Origin: Bacillales bacterium UBA7581
GTDB lineage: Bacteria; Bacillota_I; Bacilli_A; RFN20; CAG-826
Direction of reading: 5' to 3'
DNA length: 64,000 bases
Assembly (NCBI GenBank): GCA_002477825.1
Contig: DLKT01000060.1
Span: 16,616-80,615, forward strand
Shown here: positions 20,636-30,956 of the stretch, piece by piece
How positions within the stretch are numbered: the stretch's first letter is position 1
Layout: every line of letters begins with the position of its first letter
Notes under the pieces: generated by a model
What the model was told of the DNA's origin: nothing
Database searches by the model: none
The model's input: only the letters and a program-made list of their open reading frames with translations
Made by a program: the position numbers and the translations under genes

Positions 20636-21658
20636 TTATTTCTGAGACTCCATTGGGACATTTTCAAGAATTAATTGTTTAAATAAATTGTAACCTGCTT
20701 GATTAGGATGCAAGCCATCTTGCTCATAATTCGCATAATTATCACCATATAAAGCCATGACATCCAAATAATGGACTCTTTCTTGGGTTTCGCAATACTC
20801 TTTCATATAAGTATTACTTCCTTCGTGGCTATCCCATTTAGAAGCAAATCCTCCTGAACAACGTGTGATAGAAAAATAATAAATATTGGTTTCTGGGTAA
20901 GCCTCTAAATAGTCTTCTATTAAAAGTTGAACGTTCCGGCCACAAGTTTTCCCCCCTTCTAAATCATCGTCCACATTGTTAATTCCAATATTGAGAACAA
21001 TATTTTTAGGTTGAACATTTGTTCCTTCTATAATATTGCGACTAATCACACGCCAGTCATGCGTTGTGGTAGCACTGATGCCCAAATTTAATGTTGCATA
21101 GCCTGCAAAAGCGTCGCTAAACTTTTCATCTATTCCTGTTTTATTGGCCCAAAATTCAAAGAAAGAATCACCAATAAACACGGTATCTTCTGCCTTCATA
21201 TTCTTTTTAGCACGATCAATTCTTGAAGTGCCTTGTGATTTAAAGTCAAAATAAGATTTAGCAAATACAGTGAATGTTCCTTTTAAATGTTCGCTTTGTG
21301 CTTGCACAGTTGTCGAGCCTTCCCTTAAGAAGAACACCTTGTCATCTTCAATGTAACAAATATCTTCATTCTTTATGGTGTATTCAAACACCTCATCTTT
21401 GGCTTCTTCTGGCTTTGTTAAAAATGGGCGGACTTTAATGCCGTCAAAGTCATTATCGTAAACAAAAACATTTTGAAAGGACACCTTCCCAAAATAATCA
21501 GTAGGATATGATGAGGTTGTTGGTGTTTCCGTCGTTGGAGTGACGGTTGTCGGTTCTAAAGAAGTAGAATTTGATGTGGGTTTTGTTTCTCCACAACTAA
21601 GAAGCATAGCGCTACAAAGGGCTACAAATAAGATAGAATTTTTCTTTGATAATTTCAT
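20636..21658 (-). CDS. SGNH/GDSL-family hydrolase lipoprotein (likely carbohydrate esterase, e.g. acetyl-xylan esterase)
   Basis: Lipobox LLSCGETKP. Block I FIGDSFFEFW (GDS) and block V DGLHPNQAGY (DxxH). Confidence 0.7.
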   Translation of the reverse strand: MKLSKKNSILFVALCSAMLLSCGETKPTSNSTSLEPTTVTPTTETPTTSSYPTDYFGKVSFQNVFVYDNDFDGIKVRPFLTKPEEAKDEVFEYTIKNEDICYIEDDKVFFLREGSTTVQAQSEHLKGTFTVFAKSYFDFKSQGTSRIDRAKKNMKAEDTVFIGDSFFEFWANKTGIDEKFSDAFAGYATLNLGISATTTHDWRVISRNIIEGTNVQPKNIVLNIGINNVDDDLEGGKTCGRNVQLLIEDYLEAYPETNIYYFSITRCSGGFASKWDSHEGSNTYMKEYCETQERVHYLDVMALYGDNYANYEQDGLHPNQAGYNLFKQLILENVPMESQK

Positions 21659-21677
21659 AGATAAAAAAATCTCCTTT

Positions 21678-23888
21678 TTATCTATAGTATTTTTTTAAAT
21701 GTTGAAAATCAATATCTAACTCTCCATTAAAAGTAATGTTCTTTATCGGTTCACACATCATCCAAGAGTAGCTTTTAAAGAATTCATCTATATCTAAATC
21801 AGGATGTTTTTCATGTATCATTTTTTGAAATTTTTCGGTGTGAATTACCTCTAGAATCGGTGTTGTAATATCCGGTTCTTGTGGCATTTCTTTTCTTTTT
21901 AAAAGGGGAATATTTTTATTTTGTTGAACTTTTTCTCCATGAATTTCAATTTCTAATGTGGTTAAAACTTCTTTCACATTTTTAGCAATATAAATTTGAT
22001 ATTTTCCATCTTCAATTTTCATTTCGTCAGAAACAACATCATAAACGGCTAAATCTTGATAGAAAACTTCAATTGTAATTTCTTTTTTGAAATTTCCTAA
22101 AATTTCTTCTTTAGTAATAGCTTTTAATTCTTTTAGCGGACGATAAACAACGCTATCACGTTTACCTACATAAATTTGAATTACATCTTTAGCCGTAAAG
22201 GAAGAAGTATTTTCAATCGTGAGTTCAACTTTGAATGACTTTTCTTCTTTTCTGAGTTTGTAGTTTGAATAAATAAAATGAGCATAGGATAAACCTTCAC
22301 CAAAGTGATAGTTAATTTCATTGTCTTTTTGTTGATCGTAGTAGCGGTAACCAACAAAAATATCATCATCATAATAAGAATAATAAATAGGTCTTTGGAT
22401 AAAATCTTTATAAATCGGATTCGCCTCTAAAGAACGAATCCAGGTTTCGGGTAAGCGTCCACTTGGACTCACTTTTCCGTAAATTACATCTCCTATTGCT
22501 TCATACATGCCTTCACCTGCTAAATAGCCGATTAAAATACTTGAAGCATCGTTTTTTAATTCATCAATATTAATCACAGAACCTGTAACGACAATAGAAG
22601 CATAAGCAATATGATGTTCTTTTAAGAATGATAAAAGTTGTTGTTGTTCTTTGTGCATCTTTAAAGAACCACGATCCCAACCTTCACTTTCATCTTCTTC
22701 ATATTGTCCTAAGAACACTAAAACTTTCTGATATTGATGAATGTATTTTAGTAATTCATCTTCATTTAATGTATATTCATTCTTTCGATAAGCTTCTACA
22801 TAATCAAAAGGAATATTTTCTTTTAAAAGCGCTTGTAAACAGCTAATATTTTGGTGTGTATTTACCCAAGCGCTTCCTCCACCCACAAAGCGAGGATGGC
22901 TTGCAAAATAACCTAACACTAATACTTTTTCTTCTTTGTTAAATGGTAAATAATTATTTTCATTTTTTAATAAAACAAAAGATTCTGCCGCTAATTCCCT
23001 TGCTTTTTGATGGATTTCATCAAAATCATAGATAATTGTAGGTTTTTCTTTTTTGGCTAATCTTGACACTGTTCTTGTAATTTCTTCCGCTCTATTTTCA
23101 ATATCTTCTAAAAAGAAATCATGATGAAACCCTTCATCAATTTCTTCCATCGTTCGTTTAGAAATCGGCATTTCCACATCTAAACCTGTATGAATGGTTT
23201 TCCCTTTATTTACGACCGCGGTCCAGTCACTAATAATTAAACCTTGATAACCGAATTCTTTTCGTAATTTCTTTTGAATTAAATAATCGGATTCATTAAC
23301 ATATATTCCATTCACCCGATTATAAGAAGTCATTAATAAACTTGGAGAGGCATGTTGAATCACATAATGAAAAGCCCATAAATAAATTTCATTTAAAGCA
23401 CGATAAGATACTTCACTTGAATTCGTCAAACGGAAGTATTCTTGGTTATTACAAGCATAATGTTTTACGCAGCTTGCTGCACCATTATCCTCTAATCCTT
23501 GAATATATCGACTCGCTAAAAAACCCGTCAAATAAGGATCTTCACTAAAATATTCAAAGTTTCTACCGCATAAAGCACTACGTTTAATGTTGATGCCTGG
23601 CGCTAAAAGGACATCGACTTTTTTACTTAAGCAATCTAATGCTAATAAACGTCCATTTTCATAACAAACCTCTTGACTAAAAGATGCTGCTAAAGCAGCA
23701 GGTGATAATAAACACACGGTTTCTAATATAGTTTCTTGGGCACTAAAATCATTTTTTACTGGTTTTCTGACTCCTAAAGGTCCATCATTTACCACAATAG
23801 GACGAATATCTTTTTGATAACAGCCAATTTCCCAAGCGTTTAATCCTTCAAAATAATGATAATGTGCATAACGTTCTTTTTTATCCAT
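21678..23888 (-). CDS. Glycoside hydrolase family 3 (beta-glucosidase / beta-xylosidase)
   Basis: GH3 motifs GRNFEYFSEDPYL and KHYACNNQE. Nucleophile context LIISDWTAV. C-terminal sandwich domain. No signal peptide. Confidence 0.75.
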   Translation of the reverse strand: MDKKERYAHYHYFEGLNAWEIGCYQKDIRPIVVNDGPLGVRKPVKNDFSAQETILETVCLLSPAALAASFSQEVCYENGRLLALDCLSKKVDVLLAPGINIKRSALCGRNFEYFSEDPYLTGFLASRYIQGLEDNGAASCVKHYACNNQEYFRLTNSSEVSYRALNEIYLWAFHYVIQHASPSLLMTSYNRVNGIYVNESDYLIQKKLRKEFGYQGLIISDWTAVVNKGKTIHTGLDVEMPISKRTMEEIDEGFHHDFFLEDIENRAEEITRTVSRLAKKEKPTIIYDFDEIHQKARELAAESFVLLKNENNYLPFNKEEKVLVLGYFASHPRFVGGGSAWVNTHQNISCLQALLKENIPFDYVEAYRKNEYTLNEDELLKYIHQYQKVLVFLGQYEEDESEGWDRGSLKMHKEQQQLLSFLKEHHIAYASIVVTGSVINIDELKNDASSILIGYLAGEGMYEAIGDVIYGKVSPSGRLPETWIRSLEANPIYKDFIQRPIYYSYYDDDIFVGYRYYDQQKDNEINYHFGEGLSYAHFIYSNYKLRKEEKSFKVELTIENTSSFTAKDVIQIYVGKRDSVVYRPLKELKAITKEEILGNFKKEITIEVFYQDLAVYDVVSDEMKIEDGKYQIYIAKNVKEVLTTLEIEIHGEKVQQNKNIPLLKRKEMPQEPDITTPILEVIHTEKFQKMIHEKHPDLDIDEFFKSYSWMMCEPIKNITFNGELDIDFQHLKKYYR

Positions 23889-23980
23889 GTTTTTTCCTCG
23901 TCACTTTTATTATACATAAAACCAAAAAAGAGAAAAGAAAAAGGATAGCATAAATACTACCCTCATCTTACAATTTAAAA

Positions 23981-25027
23981 TCATTTACGAACATATCTTG
24001 TATTTTTTCCTATGCCTATTTTTGAAATTTTATTCTCTCTTACCATTTTAGACAACACAAACTCTATAGTTGTAACCGAAACATCTGGTAAAATATCGCT
24101 AATTTCTTTTTTGGATATAGGAAGAATACTATTTAAAATAGTTGCTTCAACTCTAGTTGTTTTATTTATTTTTTTACTATTCAAAGTAGCAAATCTTTTA
24201 TCTAACTCTTTATAACAAGTAAATAAAGTCATAAGAAAATTATCAATAAAATAAGCATAATCATTTTGATTATCATGCCAACCTTCTGATGATTTTTTTA
24301 ATGCTTCATAATAATATCCTTTGGTTTTATTAATTTGTTCTTCAAATGAAATATATTTTCCTGCATCAAATCCAGCTTTATATAGCAAGAGTAAGGTCAA
24401 CAATCTAGACATTCTTCCATTTCCATCTGAAAATGGATGAATGCATAAAAAGTCAAGAACTACACAAGGAATCAATAATAATTGATTAACATTAGGATTA
24501 TCTCTAGCATCCATGTATGCCAAAATTAATTGTTCCATTGCTTTTGGCGTCTCACTTGCGGAAATTGGAGAAAAACGAACTTTTCGTGTTCCATCTTGCC
24601 TTATTTCCATAATTACATTGTCACTTGTTTTATATTTACCAGCGACGCCTGGCTTAGCTCTTTGCAATAAAATTTCTTGAAATGATAAGAGATTTGCTTC
24701 AGTTATACTCAAATCATCATAATGAGTATGAATCATATTAAGAACATCTCTATAACCCGCTATTTCTTCTTCGTTATGATTTAATGGCGCACTGCTTTGA
24801 TTGACAATGGCTCGAATTCTTTCGTCAGTAGTGATAATTCCTTCAATTGCATTGGATCCTTTTACTGATTGAATAATAGCTATTTTTTCTAATTCGGTAA
24901 AAACCTTTGGATATTCTTGTTTTCTATTATCATTGTTACTTTTCATTGCATAAATACTAGTTAAAATATTAATTAAATTAGCTGGTAAATTTCCAACTTC
25001 TAAAAAAGAGTAATCAAATTTTCTCAT
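23981..25027 (-). CDS. Fic/DOC family protein (auto-inhibited class II) with a C-terminal winged-helix domain
   Basis: Fic motif HPFSDGNGRMSR. N-terminal inhibitory motif SNAIEG (S/TxxxEG/N). C-terminal HTH-like tail. RBS AAGAGG upstream of the ATG. Confidence 0.8.
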   Translation of the reverse strand: MRKFDYSFLEVGNLPANLINILTSIYAMKSNNDNRKQEYPKVFTELEKIAIIQSVKGSNAIEGIITTDERIRAIVNQSSAPLNHNEEEIAGYRDVLNMIHTHYDDLSITEANLLSFQEILLQRAKPGVAGKYKTSDNVIMEIRQDGTRKVRFSPISASETPKAMEQLILAYMDARDNPNVNQLLLIPCVVLDFLCIHPFSDGNGRMSRLLTLLLLYKAGFDAGKYISFEEQINKTKGYYYEALKKSSEGWHDNQNDYAYFIDNFLMTLFTCYKELDKRFATLNSKKINKTTRVEATILNSILPISKKEISDILPDVSVTTIEFVLSKMVRENKISKIGIGKNTRYVRK

Positions 25028-25040
25028 CTATTTCGCCTCT

Positions 25041-25073
25041 TTCTGCATATATTTTATATTTTTTTATGCAGAA
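25041..25073. repeat. 33-bp palindromic element TTCTGCATA-N15(AT only)-TATGCAGAA, copy 1, 14 bp upstream of the Fic start
   Basis: Perfect 9-bp inverted arms with a 15-nt A/T-only spacer. An identical architecture is found at 25269-25301. Confidence 0.6.
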
Positions 25074-25199
25074 AAGCAATTTCTTTGTGCATAAAAAATG
25101 AAAATTTTTATGTAGAATAATTTATTGCCACAAAAGATTTTTTTGAAAGGAAAAAAAGTATTTCATTCAACTGCACTTGCTAGACAGATTTTTGGATAT

Positions 25200-25226
25200 A
25201 GAAAAAGGTGACTTATAAGCCACCCT
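25200..25226 (-). terminator. Rho-independent terminator of eno
   Basis: Minus-sense GGGTGGC-TTATAA-GTCACC hairpin (one G-U pair) followed by a U-run. Confidence 0.5.
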
Positions 25227-25268
25227 CTTCTAATTCAATTTAAATCAAGAAAATCAATGTGTTTTATT

Positions 25269-25301
25269 TTCTGCATATTTTTTATTATTTTTTATGCAGA
25301 A
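25269..25301. repeat. 33-bp palindromic element TTCTGCATA-N15-TATGCAGAA, copy 2, 32 bp downstream of the eno stop
   Basis: Same arms and spacer length as copy 1. An extra half-site TATGCAGAA lies at 25314-25322. Confidence 0.6.
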
Positions 25302-25333
25302 AGAAAGCTATATTATGCAGAATCTTTTCTCCG

Positions 25334-26641
<1,308 letters not shown>

Positions 26642-26934
26642 TCATCATTCTCCTTTTCTGAACAATTTTATTATTGTCCTTTTTAAGAGAAATACAACAA
26701 ATATGCTCAAAAATTTACTTTGTAAATTACTTGAAGAATTGCGTGGCTAATAGCTGATGTTTTTTAGGGAACATTTTCACTTCATTCATCATCATTTGTT
26801 CCCTAAATTTTGCTTAAAGAAAATTTCTAAAACATAAAATACTCTAAAGTTAAGTGGGGATAACAAAAATAAAAGACCTCTTTAGAGTTAAAAATTATTT
26901 TCACTCTATCGAAGTCTTTTTATACAATTTCTAA

Positions 26935-27888
26935 TTAATGAATGACATCAAAAGAAAGCAAAGCATTAGCGAATAATTTTCCTAATTCCACCATCGCTAG
27001 TGAGTCGTAGTGGCAGTAATCAATGCCATTATCCGGTTCTTTATCATAGGAAAGTTGATTTTGAATTGTATCAATGTAGTAATTATTTTCTTCATCTAAC
27101 AAAGCGTTATTTTTCTTTCCTTGATTGATGATAGAATAATTTTCCCAATATGGGGAAATGCCACCAGAAACGAATTTAATTTTGTTATCGCCTTCTTCAA
27201 CATAATAGCTAAACTCTTCTCTTAAATCTTTGATAAGATTCAGTTCATTACTTTCATATTGATTCGCGTAATAACCACCATCGGATTCACCTTGCATCCA
27301 GCAAATACCTTTTATATAGGGGTAATAATTTTGATCTTCTAATTCACTTAAACAGGAATGAATATAATCGACCATACCGGAATAAAGGACACCTACAGGT
27401 AAAGTTTCGGTTGAACTTGAAGTCGATAACCAATCTCTTTGAAGCGTGGTTCCTCCACTTGCGTATTTAATGATGAATAAATCGCGTTCAAATGTCTTCG
27501 TTTCAAAAACTTCATTCATACCAATCTCGGGGCCAAATCTTTCAAAATCATAACCCATACCTAAACGAATAGAAGAAAAGGTTTTTGATTCATTTAAATG
27601 GGTAGGTTGCATGGCATTACAACGGAATTTGATTTTGGTATTAGAACTATGTGCTTCAAAATATTTATTAAATAAAGTTTCATCTTTTTGCATTAACATC
27701 CGATTCCAAGTATTACCTTCCGCATTGGATTGTCCGCATAAAATAATGACATTGGCTTCTTTTACCATTGGTGTTTCACTCGTGGTAGGCACGCTTGAAG
27801 AAGTCGAAACGGGTGTATTCGAACAGGCACATAACATGAGTGTCATAAGAAGCACTGAAAATATATTATTTTTTCTTGTTTTTTCCAT
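26935..27888 (-). CDS. SASA/DUF303-type carbohydrate esterase lipoprotein (sialate-O-acetylesterase-like fold; probable acetyl esterase)
   Basis: Lipobox MLCACSNTP. Catalytic block IILCGQSNAEGN (GQSNMxG-type). Confidence 0.55.
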   Translation of the reverse strand: MEKTRKNNIFSVLLMTLMLCACSNTPVSTSSSVPTTSETPMVKEANVIILCGQSNAEGNTWNRMLMQKDETLFNKYFEAHSSNTKIKFRCNAMQPTHLNESKTFSSIRLGMGYDFERFGPEIGMNEVFETKTFERDLFIIKYASGGTTLQRDWLSTSSSTETLPVGVLYSGMVDYIHSCLSELEDQNYYPYIKGICWMQGESDGGYYANQYESNELNLIKDLREEFSYYVEEGDNKIKFVSGGISPYWENYSIINQGKKNNALLDEENNYYIDTIQNQLSYDKEPDNGIDYCHYDSLAMVELGKLFANALLSFDVIH

Positions 27889-27903
27889 TTGTTTTTTTCT
27901 CCT

Positions 27904-28746
27904 TTAATGATGAACCGGTTCCATCTTAGAATGATAGGGATAAAGCACTAAACGCTCATTACCATCGAAGGTATTTGGAGCATGGAAAGTCATCATTTTT
28001 TGACCGTCCTTTTCAAATACCATCGCGTGACCTCCATCTTCACTATAAATCGGTTGATCTTCTTGAATCCAAGGCCCTTTGATAGATTTACTATGGCATA
28101 CACCAATGGCGTATCCCGTTTTTGAATAGCTCGACCATATCATTTCTAAACCATCTTTTTGTTGAATGATAAATGGGCCATCGGTGACATAGTTATTTTT
28201 TCCTTGAAAGGCAATCGGCCATTTAGCGTCTTTTGCTGAAAATAGAATTTTCGGTTCACTAACGGGATGCGTTAAATCATCCGATAATTGCATTAAACAA
28301 ATCGTTCCATTTCCTATTTGAAGCCATTCGTGACAAAAGATAAGATAAGGTATTCCATTTTCTACCCAAAGGGTTCCATCTAAACATTCCCAATTTTTAG
28401 GCGTAATTGCGTGTTCGGTTAAACATGTAAATTCTCCGTCTGGACGATCAGAAACAAAGATTTGGGTTCCTCTACAACAATTGTCCGCTTTACAAGAGGC
28501 AAACAGATAGTACTTATTTTTGTATTTATGCATTTCTGGCGCCCAAAAATCTTTATTACCCCAGAAATGAGAATTTCCTTGAAAAATGATAGTGGGTTCG
28601 GTAAATTCTCCTAGATCTTTCGATTTATAAACAACAAATGAAGGATAAATCTCATCCTTTTTTTGATAGGCCGAATATAGATAATAGACTCCGTTTTCAA
28701 AATAAATAAATGGATCTCGAATATAAAGATCTTCTTTCTTAATCAT
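27904..28746 (-). CDS. Small cytoplasmic GH43-like five-bladed propeller glycosidase
   Basis: IRDPFIYFENGVYYLYS, WAPEMHKYKNKYYLFAS and DGPFIIQQKDG. 280 aa, no signal peptide. Confidence 0.55.
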   Translation of the reverse strand: MIKKEDLYIRDPFIYFENGVYYLYSAYQKKDEIYPSFVVYKSKDLGEFTEPTIIFQGNSHFWGNKDFWAPEMHKYKNKYYLFASCKADNCCRGTQIFVSDRPDGEFTCLTEHAITPKNWECLDGTLWVENGIPYLIFCHEWLQIGNGTICLMQLSDDLTHPVSEPKILFSAKDAKWPIAFQGKNNYVTDGPFIIQQKDGLEMIWSSYSKTGYAIGVCHSKSIKGPWIQEDQPIYSEDGGHAMVFEKDGQKMMTFHAPNTFDGNERLVLYPYHSKMEPVHH

Positions 28747-28760
28747 ATAATTTCACCTTC

Positions 28761-30956
28761 TCAGTTTTCTACCTTATCGAAGGTGATAACAATAGTTTCA
28801 AATTCTTCTAGCCATTTGATAAGATTAATGCCTACTAAACGTAGTTGTTTACCTGAATAAATCTTTCCATCTAATGAGTTTTGATAAAGTGTTTCATCGT
28901 CTAATCCATCGAATTTTAAGAAACGAGATAAGTTGCTTTCTCTTCTTTTATTAAAGAAAAGTGCAATGGCTTTTTCTTTATTTTTCGCTACACAAATCAT
29001 GGACATATGATTGGTTTCATAAGGAGATTCCATCCGATATAAATCACCATTTTGAATACAATCTAAATGATATTTTTTATAAAGATCTGCAATTTCGTTA
29101 ATTTGTTCAATATCTTCTTTATTTAAGTTCACTGGATTCATTTCATAACCATATGTTCCAAAAAGTGCGATTGCGCATTTTGCATAATAAGGAAGTAACG
29201 CACCACTAAAGGCATGAGAACCGATGGAGGATAATGGATATCCGTAGGTCGAAGCGTAATTAATGAACACTCTTTCGACTGCGTCGTTAGAGTCACTCGC
29301 TTGAATTTGGGGACAATACGATAACATTCCCATATCGAAACGGCCACCACCGGAAGCGCAGTGTTCAAATAAAATATTCGGATAACGTTCCACTAGCATA
29401 CCATAAAGACGATAAGCACCTTCCATAAAACGATGATACACTTCGCCTTGATGCTTTTTATTTAAAGTGGTGGAATACACTTCACTTAAACAACGATTGA
29501 AGTCAATTTTCACATAATCGATAGCGTATTGATCTAATAAATTACAAATTTGGGTATAAACATTTTGCACCGCTTCTTGATTCGTCATATCTAAGACGAG
29601 TTGATGTCTTCCTAAAGATAGCTTAATTCCTGGTAAACCTAAAGCATATTCAGGATGTTCTTGATAGAGTTTCGAGTGAAAAGAAATCATTTCCGGCTCT
29701 AACCAAATACCAAACTTCATGTGATTTTGGTGACAGGTCGCAATGATTTTTTCTAAATCAATCTTTTTAGGATTAACGGTCCAATCTCCTAAAGAAGAAG
29801 TATCATCATATCTTTCACCAAACCATCCATCATCTAAAACGAACACTTCGGTATTTAAAATTTTAGAATGTTCGATAAAATCACAGATTTTTTGAGTATC
29901 AAAATCAATGGTCGCGCCTTCCCAAGAATTAAATAAAATACCACGGTCGATGAAGGCATAAGGAGAACGAATAATATGTTGACGAACAAAATCATGTAAA
30001 GTTCTTGATAACGCGCCTCTTCCTTCATCAGAATAAGCCATAATGACTTCTGGTAAATATAATTTTTCATTTTCATCTAAACAATAGGAGAAGTCTTCTT
30101 CATTGATACCGAATAAAATACGCGTTGAATTCCATTTACTCACATCAACTTCAAAAGCAAAGTTACTAGAATACATTAAAGAAAATGCATACGCTTCTCC
30201 ATCTTTTTCATTGGTGTCCGGCCTTTCTAAGAAAAACACTGGATTTTCATTATGGGAAGTAAATCCATAATTTGATTGAATTCTTTCTTTTCCGTCATGG
30301 AGTTTTCTTCGACATATATTTTTTTCTTTACACCAATCCCCATAAAAATGCGTGAGATAATAATTGTCATCGGGTAAATCTAAAGTCATGGAATAGGCTT
30401 TTACGACATGGAAGGAATTTTTTCCTTTATTTTCGATATAAGCACTGCGTGTGATGACATCTAAATCTTCAAATATAGAATAGAATAAATGAACATAAGC
30501 TTCACTTAATTCATCTTTTAAAACGATTTCTAACGTCATACATTCTTCATCTTTTCCAAAAGAAGAAGGAAGGGTTTCTATTCCGGGTTTTCCTTTTAAA
30601 ATTTGATGAGATACATAGGTAAACTTTGTATAATTCGTATTTAAATCAGGTTTATGAATGATGATGGGCGCTCCACGTTTATCAAAACCACCATGGGTAG
30701 GAAGTTCCATCATCGAGAAATCTTCGTAGTAATGAAAATGAGCCCATGGCACCATTTTTTCAGAATTGGTTTCCTTATCTAAATATTGCCATCCCCACTC
30801 TCCTCTAGAAGTGAGATTTTGTAAATCTAAGTTTTCTAAATAGGGGCCAAAATAAAAGTGTTGAAGATAATTAAAATCATTAATTCCTAAATAATAAGAA
30901 ATTCTTTGGTTAAATAAATGAAAGTATCTTTCTTTCTCGTTATAGTAAATCAACAT
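28761..30956 (-). CDS. Alpha-galactosidase, glycoside hydrolase family 36
   Basis: GH36 blocks IDYVKIDFNRC (KWD-type nucleophile region) and HCASGGGRFD (SGGGR signature). 731 aa. Confidence 0.8.
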   Translation of the reverse strand: MLIYYNEKERYFHLFNQRISYYLGINDFNYLQHFYFGPYLENLDLQNLTSRGEWGWQYLDKETNSEKMVPWAHFHYYEDFSMMELPTHGGFDKRGAPIIIHKPDLNTNYTKFTYVSHQILKGKPGIETLPSSFGKDEECMTLEIVLKDELSEAYVHLFYSIFEDLDVITRSAYIENKGKNSFHVVKAYSMTLDLPDDNYYLTHFYGDWCKEKNICRRKLHDGKERIQSNYGFTSHNENPVFFLERPDTNEKDGEAYAFSLMYSSNFAFEVDVSKWNSTRILFGINEEDFSYCLDENEKLYLPEVIMAYSDEGRGALSRTLHDFVRQHIIRSPYAFIDRGILFNSWEGATIDFDTQKICDFIEHSKILNTEVFVLDDGWFGERYDDTSSLGDWTVNPKKIDLEKIIATCHQNHMKFGIWLEPEMISFHSKLYQEHPEYALGLPGIKLSLGRHQLVLDMTNQEAVQNVYTQICNLLDQYAIDYVKIDFNRCLSEVYSTTLNKKHQGEVYHRFMEGAYRLYGMLVERYPNILFEHCASGGGRFDMGMLSYCPQIQASDSNDAVERVFINYASTYGYPLSSIGSHAFSGALLPYYAKCAIALFGTYGYEMNPVNLNKEDIEQINEIADLYKKYHLDCIQNGDLYRMESPYETNHMSMICVAKNKEKAIALFFNKRRESNLSRFLKFDGLDDETLYQNSLDGKIYSGKQLRLVGINLIKWLEEFETIVITFDKVEN

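Noticed and set aside
26765-26805. Terminator for the esterase gene 26935-27888
   Set aside because: The hairpin is followed by an A-run, not a U-run, in the minus-sense transcript. Kept only as a candidate regulatory palindrome.
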